A stretch of 64,000 nt of DNA from a virus (IMGVR_UViG_3300033069_001940:32001-96000); one strand, 5' to 3'; counted from the stretch's first letter, positions 49,626 through 58,407 are shown. Notes: generated from the letters alone by a model not told the origin. Translations and numbers: made by a program.

Positions 49626-50487
49626 TTTTAACCTTATATTTAGTAATTCCTGGAGTAACGGAAATGGCTTTGGCTATTTCTGGATTTTTCATAGCTTCTT
49701 CAAAACTCATAGTTTGCCCGTTGTATTTAACTGTTCCTCCAACTAGCCTAGCTGAAGAAAGATATTCGGTATGTCCGGTGGTATCATGTGGTGTAAATGG
49801 TGAATGTTGAATAGGTTTACCATTTTTATCATAATAGCCGTATAAACTTAGTTTACCGTCTCTGGTTGGTTGAACAATATCTTTCATGTGGCCAGCAATT
49901 AATTTAGGAGGAGTATTGCCGTGTTGTTTTTTTAATTCCTCTTCGACTCTTTGATTGTATGCAACAGAGGTATCGGAATCTCCAATTTTTGTTGCTACAA
50001 CTTGTTCTCCGGTATAATTTTTGCCACCAATTACTCCACCAGCACTTAAAGGTGCTGGCTGAATTTTTCCATCAGCCGCCGTCCAGATTTGTTTTGACAT
50101 TTTGGTTGTGGGTAGATACATTCCAAAGTGGTTAGCTATTCTTTGGGCCGTCTGGCCGGTTAATGGAACTCGAATTCCATCAATAGTAAGATAGTCACTC
50201 ATAACATAGTAGGTTAATTTGCCCCCGTCCGGCACTTGCACTGTAACAGGAACTAAGTTTTTAGGTGGCCCCATTTTGATTGCCTCTTGATAAATTAATT
50301 CTTCTCTTGCCGGCCCTTGAGGCATTTTAGCAAATTTATCTTTAAAACTTTCTGGCTTAGTTAAAGCGTCAATATTGGCGCCAAGTGGTTCTAATTTTTC
50401 TTTATTTTCAATAGCTTTATTAACCACATCCAGCAAAGCTGATTTCTTATAAAGCCTTTTCATTAATTCTAAGCGATAGTTACTCAT
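49615..50487 (-). CDS. Conserved uncharacterised enzyme-like protein (possible cell-wall hydrolase family)
   Basis: DYL..G.RVP....AQRIA..FG..LPT, AGHMKD, LYGY....GKPIQ, H...H.EY....RLV. Confidence 0.55.
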   Translation of the reverse strand: MSNYRLELMKRLYKKSALLDVVNKAIENKEKLEPLGANIDALTKPESFKDKFAKMPQGPAREELIYQEAIKMGPPKNLVPVTVQVPDGGKLTYYVMSDYLTIDGIRVPLTGQTAQRIANHFGMYLPTTKMSKQIWTAADGKIQPAPLSAGGVIGGKNYTGEQVVATKIGDSDTSVAYNQRVEEELKKQHGNTPPKLIAGHMKDIVQPTRDGKLSLYGYYDKNGKPIQHSPFTPHDTTGHTEYLSSARLVGGTVKYNGQTMSFEEAMKNPEIAKAISVTPGITKYKVKNEK

Positions 50488-50582
50488 AACATAATGAAAA
50501 TTTATTCATAGAAAGAAAATTATGTACATTTTAAATCACCAATTACGATTCGTTTCAATTGATTTACCATTAAAGGTAAAAT

Positions 50583-50855
50583 ATGAATAGAGAAGAAAAT
50601 GACCCAATTTATTTAAATGCTTTATATGATGTTCTAGGCCGTCTAGGCGGGGATGATACACACGCGAGTCTTAGCAATTTGGACTATGAGTCTACTATTA
50701 AAGAAATTTTAAGTATGGTAGAGGCTCATGAAGAAATTGCCTCTAAACGTCATTGCAGGCTTTTAAGAAGAAAAGCGGCCAAGCTAGTTCTGCAAAAAGG
50801 CTTAGTTGAATTAGCAGAAGATATTCTAGAATTAGATTTATTAGAGGAAAAATAA
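50583..50855 (+). CDS. Hypothetical protein
   Basis: ORF with an AAGG RBS. Confidence 0.55.
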   Translation: MNREENDPIYLNALYDVLGRLGGDDTHASLSNLDYESTIKEILSMVEAHEEIASKRHCRLLRRKAAKLVLQKGLVELAEDILELDLLEEK

Positions 50856-50858
50856 TTT

Positions 50859-51695
50859 ATGTCAAAAACTACAGCATTATACGCAATTTCGGCGGCACTA
50901 CATAAAGCAGAAGAATTTGCCGAAGTCAAAGACTGGTATAGTAAAAATGATTTTCAAAAAGAATTTTTGGAAAAATTCTTTCCCAAAGACTCAGAGTCAC
51001 AATACTTTACTCCAGAAGAATTAGAATCAATCGCCTCTACTAGCGCCGAAGAAATTAATTCGTTTTTAAAAGAACGAGGTTTTGATTTAGAGTTAGGGCC
51101 AATTCCTCCATATGGTTTTGGGACGGCTGGGGTTATGCGGGTTTTGGTGAAATGGAAAAAAGCTGGAACGAAGATTAAAATTTTTAATAAAAATCGCAAA
51201 GAATATCCTGCTGCAAAGTTAGAAAATATAGCTATTTATGAAGTTAAAGGCTGGCCTAATTTGGTAGCGGAGATTGAATGCGAAAATAAAGATAAAGTTT
51301 ATCTTACCAAAGCTGAGAAAGATTATTCTGGTTTCTGGTTTTTACCAGAACAACTTTTAGAAGAAAATAATTTCCTTCGCAAAGGATTTTACGAAATTAA
51401 ATTTCCTTTTGTTGATTTAAATCAAATGGTTGATATATCTTTTCTTCAAAACATGGCACTAGAAAATCAATTTCAAATTGAAAAAGCAATTCAACAAACT
51501 AAATTCAGGATGAATCACCTTGGTGCAAAAGCGGAAAGTGCAGCGGCTTTTAAATATTTAAGATGTTGTAGCCAATCTCCTTCATTAATTTTTAATGAGC
51601 CTTTTCTAATTTGGATGACTAGACCAGGATTATCTATGCCATATTTTGTTGGTTACATTACAGAAGATGACTGGAAGGATCCGGGTGATTTATGA
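50859..51695 (+). CDS. Serpin-like protein (short)
   Basis: VKWK, IKFPFVDL, IEKAIQQTKFRMNHLGAKAESAAA (hinge), LIFNEPFLIWM...PYFVGYI. Confidence 0.7.
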   Translation: MSKTTALYAISAALHKAEEFAEVKDWYSKNDFQKEFLEKFFPKDSESQYFTPEELESIASTSAEEINSFLKERGFDLELGPIPPYGFGTAGVMRVLVKWKKAGTKIKIFNKNRKEYPAAKLENIAIYEVKGWPNLVAEIECENKDKVYLTKAEKDYSGFWFLPEQLLEENNFLRKGFYEIKFPFVDLNQMVDISFLQNMALENQFQIEKAIQQTKFRMNHLGAKAESAAAFKYLRCCSQSPSLIFNEPFLIWMTRPGLSMPYFVGYITEDDWKDPGDL

Positions 51696-51931
51696 AAATT
51701 TATCGAGTTAACGTACAAGTAGATCTTTTAGTCGAAGCAGAAGATGAAATTGATGCCGAAGAAGTTGCTTTAGATAATTTTAAAGAAGAAACGCCACAGA
51801 TTTACTCTGCGGTACAGATAGATGATGTTAATGAACTTACTGAGGACGAACAATTATCACTCCCTTGGAGAAGTTGGAAAAGGCAAAATGAAGATGATCT
51901 GACCGTTAAAGAGATTTTAGAAAATGGATAA
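51692..51931 (+). CDS. Hypothetical acidic protein
   Basis: VEAEDEIDAEEVA, a common phage small-protein pattern. Confidence 0.55.
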   Translation: MKIYRVNVQVDLLVEAEDEIDAEEVALDNFKEETPQIYSAVQIDDVNELTEDEQLSLPWRSWKRQNEDDLTVKEILENG

Positions 51932-52337
51932 AAAACAGGTACAATCAAATATTAGTAATTTGGAAGAATTAAATAGAGCCCTTTTTAATTCTCCTTTAAT
52001 CGGTGATACTATCTATTATCTAGAGAATTCTTTAAGTATTTTTGATTTGTCTAAATTTAAAGAAGGAGATGTTTTAAAATTAAATTTTACTCCAGAAATT
52101 AATAATGAGGTTAATCCGTCTTGGATAACTTTTAAACATTTCTTAGTAAAAGACGCTGTTTGTTATGTAAAGAATATTGTTTTCCATTATGGTAAATTTA
52201 GATGTGGAGTTATTTTCAAAAATGATAGTTATAAACATTTTGAAACAGGAGAATTGTTTCCAACAAAAGAAGATGATAAATTGATGTTTTATTTTAATGA
52301 GTGTGATCTTTCAATTTTAGAAAATGATCAATTTTAG
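51924..52337 (+). CDS. Hypothetical protein
   Basis: Coupled ORF. Confidence 0.55.
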   Translation: MDKKQVQSNISNLEELNRALFNSPLIGDTIYYLENSLSIFDLSKFKEGDVLKLNFTPEINNEVNPSWITFKHFLVKDAVCYVKNIVFHYGKFRCGVIFKNDSYKHFETGELFPTKEDDKLMFYFNECDLSILENDQF

Positions 52338-52492
52338 AAAATGATAAAAAAATCATATAATTCATCTATAATAAAACTATCTTCAGTAGATTTAATTGAA
52401 GAATTTGCATCGGCTTGTTCTATTGGTAACGAAATGGATAATAGAACTAGAATCGAAGAATTAAAAAAAGAATTATTGAGAAGGTTAGAAAA

Positions 52493-53050
52493 ATGCAAAT
52501 GAATTTTGAAAAAGGTGATTATGTTGAAATAACAAGTAAAATTGTCGAAGAACCAAACTCATTTTTAGCATTCTCTTATTCCGATCAATTATTTAAAGGT
52601 AAAAAATTAAAAGATTGTTCTAGAAATGATTTAGTTGGGTTACGAGGTATTTTAGTAGATCTCAACAGAGATGAAGCGGAGATAATTTGTCTATCAGAAG
52701 ATTCTGCTTTTTCAATCTCTTTGCCTTTAAGACAATTACAACTGATAAACAAAGGAAAAGAAAGAGCCGCTTTCTTTACAAGATGCGCTCTTGAGGAATT
52801 TCATGAAAAATTAGAAGAAAAACGAATGAATGCTTATGCGGAAGAAAAACTGTCTAAAGTAGATACTACGGCATATCGATCATCATATGTAGAAGAAGAA
52901 TATGAAACTATTACAACTACCGGCAGGCCAGAAGAAAATCCAATTCGTCCCAATGGTTCAGGTTGGAGATTAGTTTCATCGGCGGCAGTAAACTCAAGTT
53001 CTATTTATTGTTATGTTTGTTGGTATTGGGAAAGGCGTAAAAATGGGTGA
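52493..53050 (+). CDS. Hypothetical protein
   Basis: KOW-like start (FEKGDYVEI); C-terminal GWRLVS...YWER. Confidence 0.55.
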   Translation: MQMNFEKGDYVEITSKIVEEPNSFLAFSYSDQLFKGKKLKDCSRNDLVGLRGILVDLNRDEAEIICLSEDSAFSISLPLRQLQLINKGKERAAFFTRCALEEFHEKLEEKRMNAYAEEKLSKVDTTAYRSSYVEEEYETITTTGRPEENPIRPNGSGWRLVSSAAVNSSSIYCYVCWYWERRKNG

Positions 53051-53387
53051 ATATTTTGAATTTAAAATCGGGAAAATATCCGTATCAGAATTTAAAGATT
53101 TAATAGATTCTTGCATTCCAAATGCATTTGAAGGGTGGGAATTTATTAAGTTACAAGTTGTACCTTGTGATATTAAAGACGATCGTTTAATTAAAATTGC
53201 AATATTAGATATAAGATATCCAAATGCAGATGCAATTTTTTCAGTTTCATTGTTAAAGAATGGAAATTTAGAATCAAAATTAACCCCATGGGGTGGTAAT
53301 TATTTTGGTGATGGCAAGCAGGAAAAATTATTAACAATTATTAAAAATAAGGTTAAGGATGGAAGCTTTAAGTTGGTTAAAATATAA
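53043..53387 (+). CDS. Hypothetical protein
   Basis: Overlapping ORF; start moved to the internal ATG. Confidence 0.5.
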   Translation: MGEYFEFKIGKISVSEFKDLIDSCIPNAFEGWEFIKLQVVPCDIKDDRLIKIAILDIRYPNADAIFSVSLLKNGNLESKLTPWGGNYFGDGKQEKLLTIIKNKVKDGSFKLVKI

Positions 53388-53676
53388 TAAAAATAGAGAA
53401 TTTGCCGCTAATGCTTTTTCTAGAACAGAAGCTTTAAGCTTTATTAAAAAGCTTTATAAATTAGGAATTACTAGAGCAGAAATAGAAAGTTTTGGTTCTG
53501 AGCCAGATTATTCAGATAGAATTTGTCTTAGTTTACCGGCATCTTTATCAGCTAGATTAGATATAGTTTCGTTTATATTTAGTTATAGATGGCCAGATGA
53601 AATTACTTCACACGAAGAATATGTAATTCCGGTCAAATGGAAAATTGATAAAAAAGTATATTTGTGGTGGGATTAA
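53359..53676 (+). CDS. Hypothetical protein
   Basis: ORF ending YLWWD. Confidence 0.55.
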   Translation: MEALSWLKYNKNREFAANAFSRTEALSFIKKLYKLGITRAEIESFGSEPDYSDRICLSLPASLSARLDIVSFIFSYRWPDEITSHEEYVIPVKWKIDKKVYLWWD

Positions 53677-53732
53677 TTAATTAAATTATCCATATTTTGC
53701 TATTTAAAATGTAAATAAGTAAACGGAGATAT

Positions 53733-54539
53733 ATGTCAGGTTTTTTTGGAAGAGGATCGGCGGGAGCGCAAGGGCCACAGGGGCCGCAAGGACCGGAAGG
53801 GCCGGCTGGTCCTCCTGGAGCGGGGGCATCACGATTAGTTGCATTGGATGAAAATGATTTAATACAATGGAAATTTAATGAGGTATCAGGCCCATTTCTT
53901 AATACTGGTTCTGGTGGAACTTGTTCACTGGCAGCGACTGGAAATATTACAACATCTGTTGTAAGTTTATTTAATACTGGTGTAGTTGTCAACGATTCTG
54001 CTGCTGCTAAATTATGTTCCGTAGATACGACTGTCGGAGAAGCGCCGGGAGGAGCCGTAACATTGCATGGTTGGGTTCATCCTTTGGGTTGGACTAATGC
54101 TGCTGGTGGATTCTGGAAATTAGCCGCTCAAACTGGTGGCGGCTGGCAACAGCCATATACTAGCCTTGGTTGGCAAATTGGAAGCAATAGCGGAATCTGG
54201 ACGGCAGTTTGTGCTGTTGGTGGAGAACAAAAATATGGCACAGTTTCCCAATTCAATGCATTAAAGCTTAATATGTGGCAACATATAGCTGTTGTTCATA
54301 ATGGTTTAAAATTAAAAGGTTATATTAATGGAAATTTAGCAATTGACGTTGATGCCGTAGGTGATACAGATTGGTCGGCTCATGGTCCGTGGTGTATTGG
54401 CGACAATGTTAATAATTCTGGGCAAACAATAAATATGATTTTTGATGATTGGCGTGTTAGATCGGTTGCTATGACTCAGGAAGAAATAGAAGAAATTTAT
54501 CGACGTGCTCTTGGGTTATACCCCGCCAACGGAGAATAA
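53733..54539 (+). CDS. Collagen-like repeat + LamG domain protein (putative fibre/adhesin)
   Basis: GAQGPQGPQGPEGPAGPPGAG; WKFNE, WQHIAVVHNG..LKGYING, FDDWRV; GGAG RBS. Confidence 0.8.
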   Translation: MSGFFGRGSAGAQGPQGPQGPEGPAGPPGAGASRLVALDENDLIQWKFNEVSGPFLNTGSGGTCSLAATGNITTSVVSLFNTGVVVNDSAAAKLCSVDTTVGEAPGGAVTLHGWVHPLGWTNAAGGFWKLAAQTGGGWQQPYTSLGWQIGSNSGIWTAVCAVGGEQKYGTVSQFNALKLNMWQHIAVVHNGLKLKGYINGNLAIDVDAVGDTDWSAHGPWCIGDNVNNSGQTINMIFDDWRVRSVAMTQEEIEEIYRRALGLYPANGE

Positions 54540-54549
54540 ATAAACTTGT

Positions 54550-54939
54550 ATGAAATATACTAGTTTTGGGACTTTGAATTCAAAGTATGAAAATGGTATT
54601 ACCAGAATAGTTTTAGAAGTGGACTTAGAAATTGTTAATTTTGCTAGAGCTTTAGTTCCAAAATATTATAAATTAAATCGTCAAAAATATTCTCCGCATA
54701 TAAGTGTGGTGAGGGAGTCTTTTCCAATAAAAAATATTTCTCAATTTAGCGGAGAGACTGTTATGTTTACATATGACTTTGACATTGTTTGTGGCGATGT
54801 TTATTGGTGGTTGTATGCAGAGAGTGCTCGTTTACGCGAGTTACGGCTGGAACTTGGATTACCAGAATTAGACTGGTATAATCGTCCGCCTGATAATAAA
54901 GACTGCTTTCATATTACTATAGGTAATCAAAAAATATAA
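54550..54939 (+). CDS. 2H phosphoesterase-superfamily protein
   Basis: Two Hx(S/T) motifs: PHISVV and FHITIG. Confidence 0.72.
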   Translation: MKYTSFGTLNSKYENGITRIVLEVDLEIVNFARALVPKYYKLNRQKYSPHISVVRESFPIKNISQFSGETVMFTYDFDIVCGDVYWWLYAESARLRELRLELGLPELDWYNRPPDNKDCFHITIGNQKI

Positions 54940-55145
54940 TGGCACAAGAAAACGAAGAAAAAAAGCCGTGGTGGGTATTTAAATTTAACAAAGCATGCAA
55001 ATTAAATTCTTTTGGATGTGAGTGTTGTGGTTATTTTCATGGTTCAAAAGATGAAAAAAGAGCAGGGCTGAAAATTGAGTTCGATGGAACCCGAGTAGTT
55101 ACAAAAGATAAAATATCAGAGGAATATGACAATTTATCAAAATAA
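54939..55145 (+). CDS. Hypothetical Cys-containing protein
   Basis: Coupled short ORF. Confidence 0.45.
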   Translation: MAQENEEKKPWWVFKFNKACKLNSFGCECCGYFHGSKDEKRAGLKIEFDGTRVVTKDKISEEYDNLSK

Positions 55146-55443
55146 AGATATAGCTTATATGACCGTTGTTTTGGTTTTAAATGGCTGAAAAAGAGTTTCT
55201 TTAGATGACTATGATGAATTTGTCAAACATCGCTCAGATATTTTAGATAGAATAACTTGGTGCGAAATTATTAATAAAAATGAGGCAAATAATCTTTGGA
55301 CAAAAGATAACGAAGAATTAGTAATTTATTAAAAAATCTCTTTACCAAGACGCAGATGTAAAAAGTATTTATTTTACTCTAGAAGAAGCTTTTGGCCGAC
55401 AAGAAAATCTATGATAGATTATAAAGAATATAAAAGAAACTGA

Positions 55444-55929
55444 TTGATAATGCTAACATATCAAGAATATTTAAATAAATATCCGAATGATAGATATTTA
55501 GGCTGGGCTAAAATGTGCAATAGCACAACTTGGCCCAAGGCTAAATTAATTAGCTCTGGATTTTTAGAGTTTACTCCGGAAACTGCTTGCTGCTGGGGCG
55601 GGCCATTTACAGGCAATCATTGTTTATTTAGAATTCAAGATTTTACTTATGCAGATAGGCGTGGTGTTAATCTGATCGATTATCTAGAGCAATTAGAAAT
55701 TAAAATGCGCCGTTCTGCGGAATTTTATCAAAAAGATTTTATTCCATTTAACGATCAGCCTAGTCGAGAAAAGCCGATTGCTTTTCAAATGTACGGTAAC
55801 GACGACACATCTTACACGAAATTTTATTCATCATCAGAAAATGCCTTGGATGAATTGCAATTATTAATTGTCTGTGAGCCTTTAGATTTTCATGAGGTAA
55901 TTGAGTTGGGATTCATATTTACAAATTAA
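55444..55929 (+). CDS. Hypothetical protein
   Basis: Intact ORF (probable ATG at 55450). Confidence 0.55.
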   Translation: MIMLTYQEYLNKYPNDRYLGWAKMCNSTTWPKAKLISSGFLEFTPETACCWGGPFTGNHCLFRIQDFTYADRRGVNLIDYLEQLEIKMRRSAEFYQKDFIPFNDQPSREKPIAFQMYGNDDTSYTKFYSSSENALDELQLLIVCEPLDFHEVIELGFIFTN

Positions 55930-55933
55930 ATTT

Positions 55934-56161
55934 ATGAAAAAATCAGTTAAACAAACAGTTGCAGATATAGAAAAATCAAAGTCAAAAAAACAAATTAAAA
56001 TAATTAAAGACTTTGGTTGGTTTGATACAAAAGTATCTTTACAGGAACTTTTAGATTTGGCGAATGGGCTAGACCCAGCCAAAGTATTTATTGAAGTTAT
56101 TTACGATCAGCCTTATGATGAAAATGCAGATTTAATCTTATTTACAAATGAATTATCCTAA
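55934..56161 (+). CDS. Hypothetical protein
   Basis: Start moved to the internal ATG. Confidence 0.5.
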   Translation: MKKSVKQTVADIEKSKSKKQIKIIKDFGWFDTKVSLQELLDLANGLDPAKVFIEVIYDQPYDENADLILFTNELS

Positions 56162-56540
56162 AGTAAAATACAAAAAACAAAAGATTGTTAAAATTAATTT
56201 AATACCAGATGATAAACTGAACACTATTAAATTGAAAATAGAGAAACAAAACAAATCTCTAACAAATTTACAAAAGAAATTAATTGAATCAATTAAAAAT
56301 TCTAAGTTGGAATGTTTTAATTGCAAAAACCAACATAAAATTGGTGAAATAGATTATGTCCAGCCATATCATTATAATTATGAAGCTTATTGTGAAGGCT
56401 TTGAACCAGACTCTAACGAAGGTTCTTTTTTATGTCCTCAATGTGAGTCATTGAATAGGTTTAATGATAAAGAGTTAATAAATTATAGATATTATTTTAA
56501 ATCTATGGTTCAAAATTATTATGGGGTTAGAGCATACTAA
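56148..56540 (+). CDS. Zinc-finger protein
   Basis: CFNC ... CPQC. Confidence 0.55.
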   Translation: MNYPKVKYKKQKIVKINLIPDDKLNTIKLKIEKQNKSLTNLQKKLIESIKNSKLECFNCKNQHKIGEIDYVQPYHYNYEAYCEGFEPDSNEGSFLCPQCESLNRFNDKELINYRYYFKSMVQNYYGVRAY

Positions 56541-56740
56541 TGAAAATCAAAGATTATATTGAAGAGACTAGGAATTTAGAATTAAGACTTGGGGAGACGT
56601 TCGACGCAATAGAATATTTAAAAATATTTGATGCTGTGGAAAACAGAATATTGGATATGGAAATTTTACTTAAGAACGGTTATTCGCTTGATGATGAAAT
56701 GCCTGAGTTTCCAAACAGATTAATAGAAATTAAATGGTAA
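56540..56740 (+). CDS. Hypothetical protein
   Basis: TAATG-coupled ORF. Confidence 0.5.
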   Translation: MKIKDYIEETRNLELRLGETFDAIEYLKIFDAVENRILDMEILLKNGYSLDDEMPEFPNRLIEIKW

Positions 56741-56743
56741 TAA

Positions 56744-57181
56744 ATGAAAAATAAAAAATATGTTATAAAACACAGTAATACCAAAAATTATTGGTCAGTC
56801 TCTATTTATCATACTAATGGCGGCATATGGGTAAATGATCTTGCTACGGCGTCAAAATTTTGTTCAAAATTTGAAGCCTTGAAAAGCATAGAAAATTTTT
56901 GTTTAGATTGTGATAAGCTCAATTTCGATCTTAGATCGCTAATTAAATTAGTTAGATTAAAATCTTCTGGAATTAAAAAAGTAAAACCGGGTTTGGTGTT
57001 TAGATTTATAGATGAAACAACTCCCTGTTTAGTAATTAAACCTATTGATAGTCGCATACTATTTGTTAATGCAAATAATGCTGAGTCAGAATATGCTTAT
57101 GTAAACAGTTTTGATTCATCTAAAAAATTCTGGGAAAGTCTTAAAGCCGGCGAGATAGAAATTATTTGGCAACCGAGCTGA
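56744..57181 (+). CDS. Modular family member (shared N-domain + VKPG C-domain)
   Basis: YVIK...W....A.KF.SK.EA...LVRLK; C-terminal domain similar to 60459..60854. Confidence 0.6.
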   Translation: MKNKKYVIKHSNTKNYWSVSIYHTNGGIWVNDLATASKFCSKFEALKSIENFCLDCDKLNFDLRSLIKLVRLKSSGIKKVKPGLVFRFIDETTPCLVIKPIDSRILFVNANNAESEYAYVNSFDSSKKFWESLKAGEIEIIWQPS

Positions 57182-57213
57182 AAATGTCTTTTAAATTATA
57201 TAAAGATTCTTAT

Positions 57214-57308
57214 GTGAACGCTCTCTCGCCTTTAGGCGAGAGCTTCTCGATTTCTCAAAGGATGCGTCCCCATCCTTGCTCTAAATGTGAAGATAGGATT
57301 CCAAGACC
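57214..57308 (-). mobile_element. IS200/IS605 (tnpB-type) right-end remnant (copy 2, longer)
   Basis: Same palindrome as copy 1 (loop TTTA) plus a second hairpin AAGGATG-N7-CATCCTT. The minus strand reads GLGILSSHLEQGWGRIL*, resembling a TnpB C-terminus, then the hairpin and TTCAC. Confidence 0.65.
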
Positions 57309-58112
57309 ATGATATTAAATAATTTTTATTGGGTTATTAAAGATAAAAATACTCAAGAGTATTACACTAATGCATTAAAACTTTGGTCTAATAGTATTAA
57401 AAACGCTTGGAAATTTAAATCAAGAGGACAGGCTTATTTAAAACTTGATTGTCTTGGGAATAATTTTAAAGTCGTTAAAATTAAGAAAAGTTTTTCTAAA
57501 ACAAATTGTATTAAGTGTAATGAGAAAATTTTTGCTCCAAGTACAAGCCCTGGTGTCTGTCAAGCCTGTGATATTAATACTAGTTTTGAAATTGATTATG
57601 ATGTAAAATCAAGAGATTTTTTAACAATTCATATAGGCTCAGATAGATTTGTTTTTTTAGAAGATCACAAAGATTTTTGTGAGTTTTTATCTCTTCATAA
57701 ACCTTTAAGAAATTCAAGTTGCTGGGCCGGAAGGGGTTGGTATACAACCTCTGGCTGTGTAATATCATTAGCGCGATTGATTAATAATTTAAAAAACGAT
57801 AACGGATTAGATTACAAAAAAAGCATTTATAAAAAATTATACCAAAAGGATATTAAACAAAAAGGTCTTCATTCAGATCGATATGATTCAAACCCTGAAG
57901 AATTATTATTTGCATTATTTTGGGATGAAACAAATAAATTTTCAAAAACTTTAGATTATTTGCTTTCCGATTCAAAAGATAATAAAATCAATCTAGATTC
58001 AGTCTCTGAAAGAGATAGACAAGTAGCCGCCACTGTAATACAATGGCTTGGTAGTCCGGTCGGTAATCTATTCCTAAAAGATTTAGGCTATTATAGAAAA
58101 AAGTTAGTATAA
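57309..58112 (+). CDS. Modular family member (shared N-domain + CxxC Zn motif + extra domains)
   Basis: YWVIK...W...A.KFKSR..A...KVVKIK; CIKC..CQAC; C-terminal RDRQVAATVIQWLGSPVG. Confidence 0.6.
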   Translation: MILNNFYWVIKDKNTQEYYTNALKLWSNSIKNAWKFKSRGQAYLKLDCLGNNFKVVKIKKSFSKTNCIKCNEKIFAPSTSPGVCQACDINTSFEIDYDVKSRDFLTIHIGSDRFVFLEDHKDFCEFLSLHKPLRNSSCWAGRGWYTTSGCVISLARLINNLKNDNGLDYKKSIYKKLYQKDIKQKGLHSDRYDSNPEELLFALFWDETNKFSKTLDYLLSDSKDNKINLDSVSERDRQVAATVIQWLGSPVGNLFLKDLGYYRKKLV

Positions 58113-58173
58113 TGGAAAATTTATTGATAAGTAATAAGCAAGGGTCTTTATTTAAAAATAATTTGAGGTTTTA

Positions 58174-58407
58174 ATGGATAAATTAATTACTATTTTCTTT
58201 TTAGGTGTATTAATAGGGCTAACCGTAGCTCTTATTGCCAAGGTTGTAAATTATGAAAATAATAAAGAAGCTTGCAGATCTCTTGATCAAAATACATCAA
58301 TGGATGTTAAAATGTTTTGTGAAGCTTTGAGCGCCAAAGACAACCAAGAATGTTTAAAACTTGAAAAACTAGATCAAAGAATGGCTTGTATGAAGTGGAG
58401 ATTTTAA
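58174..58407 (+). CDS. Membrane-anchored Cys-rich small protein
   Basis: N-terminal TM followed by four spaced Cys. Confidence 0.55.
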   Translation: MDKLITIFFLGVLIGLTVALIAKVVNYENNKEACRSLDQNTSMDVKMFCEALSAKDNQECLKLEKLDQRMACMKWRF

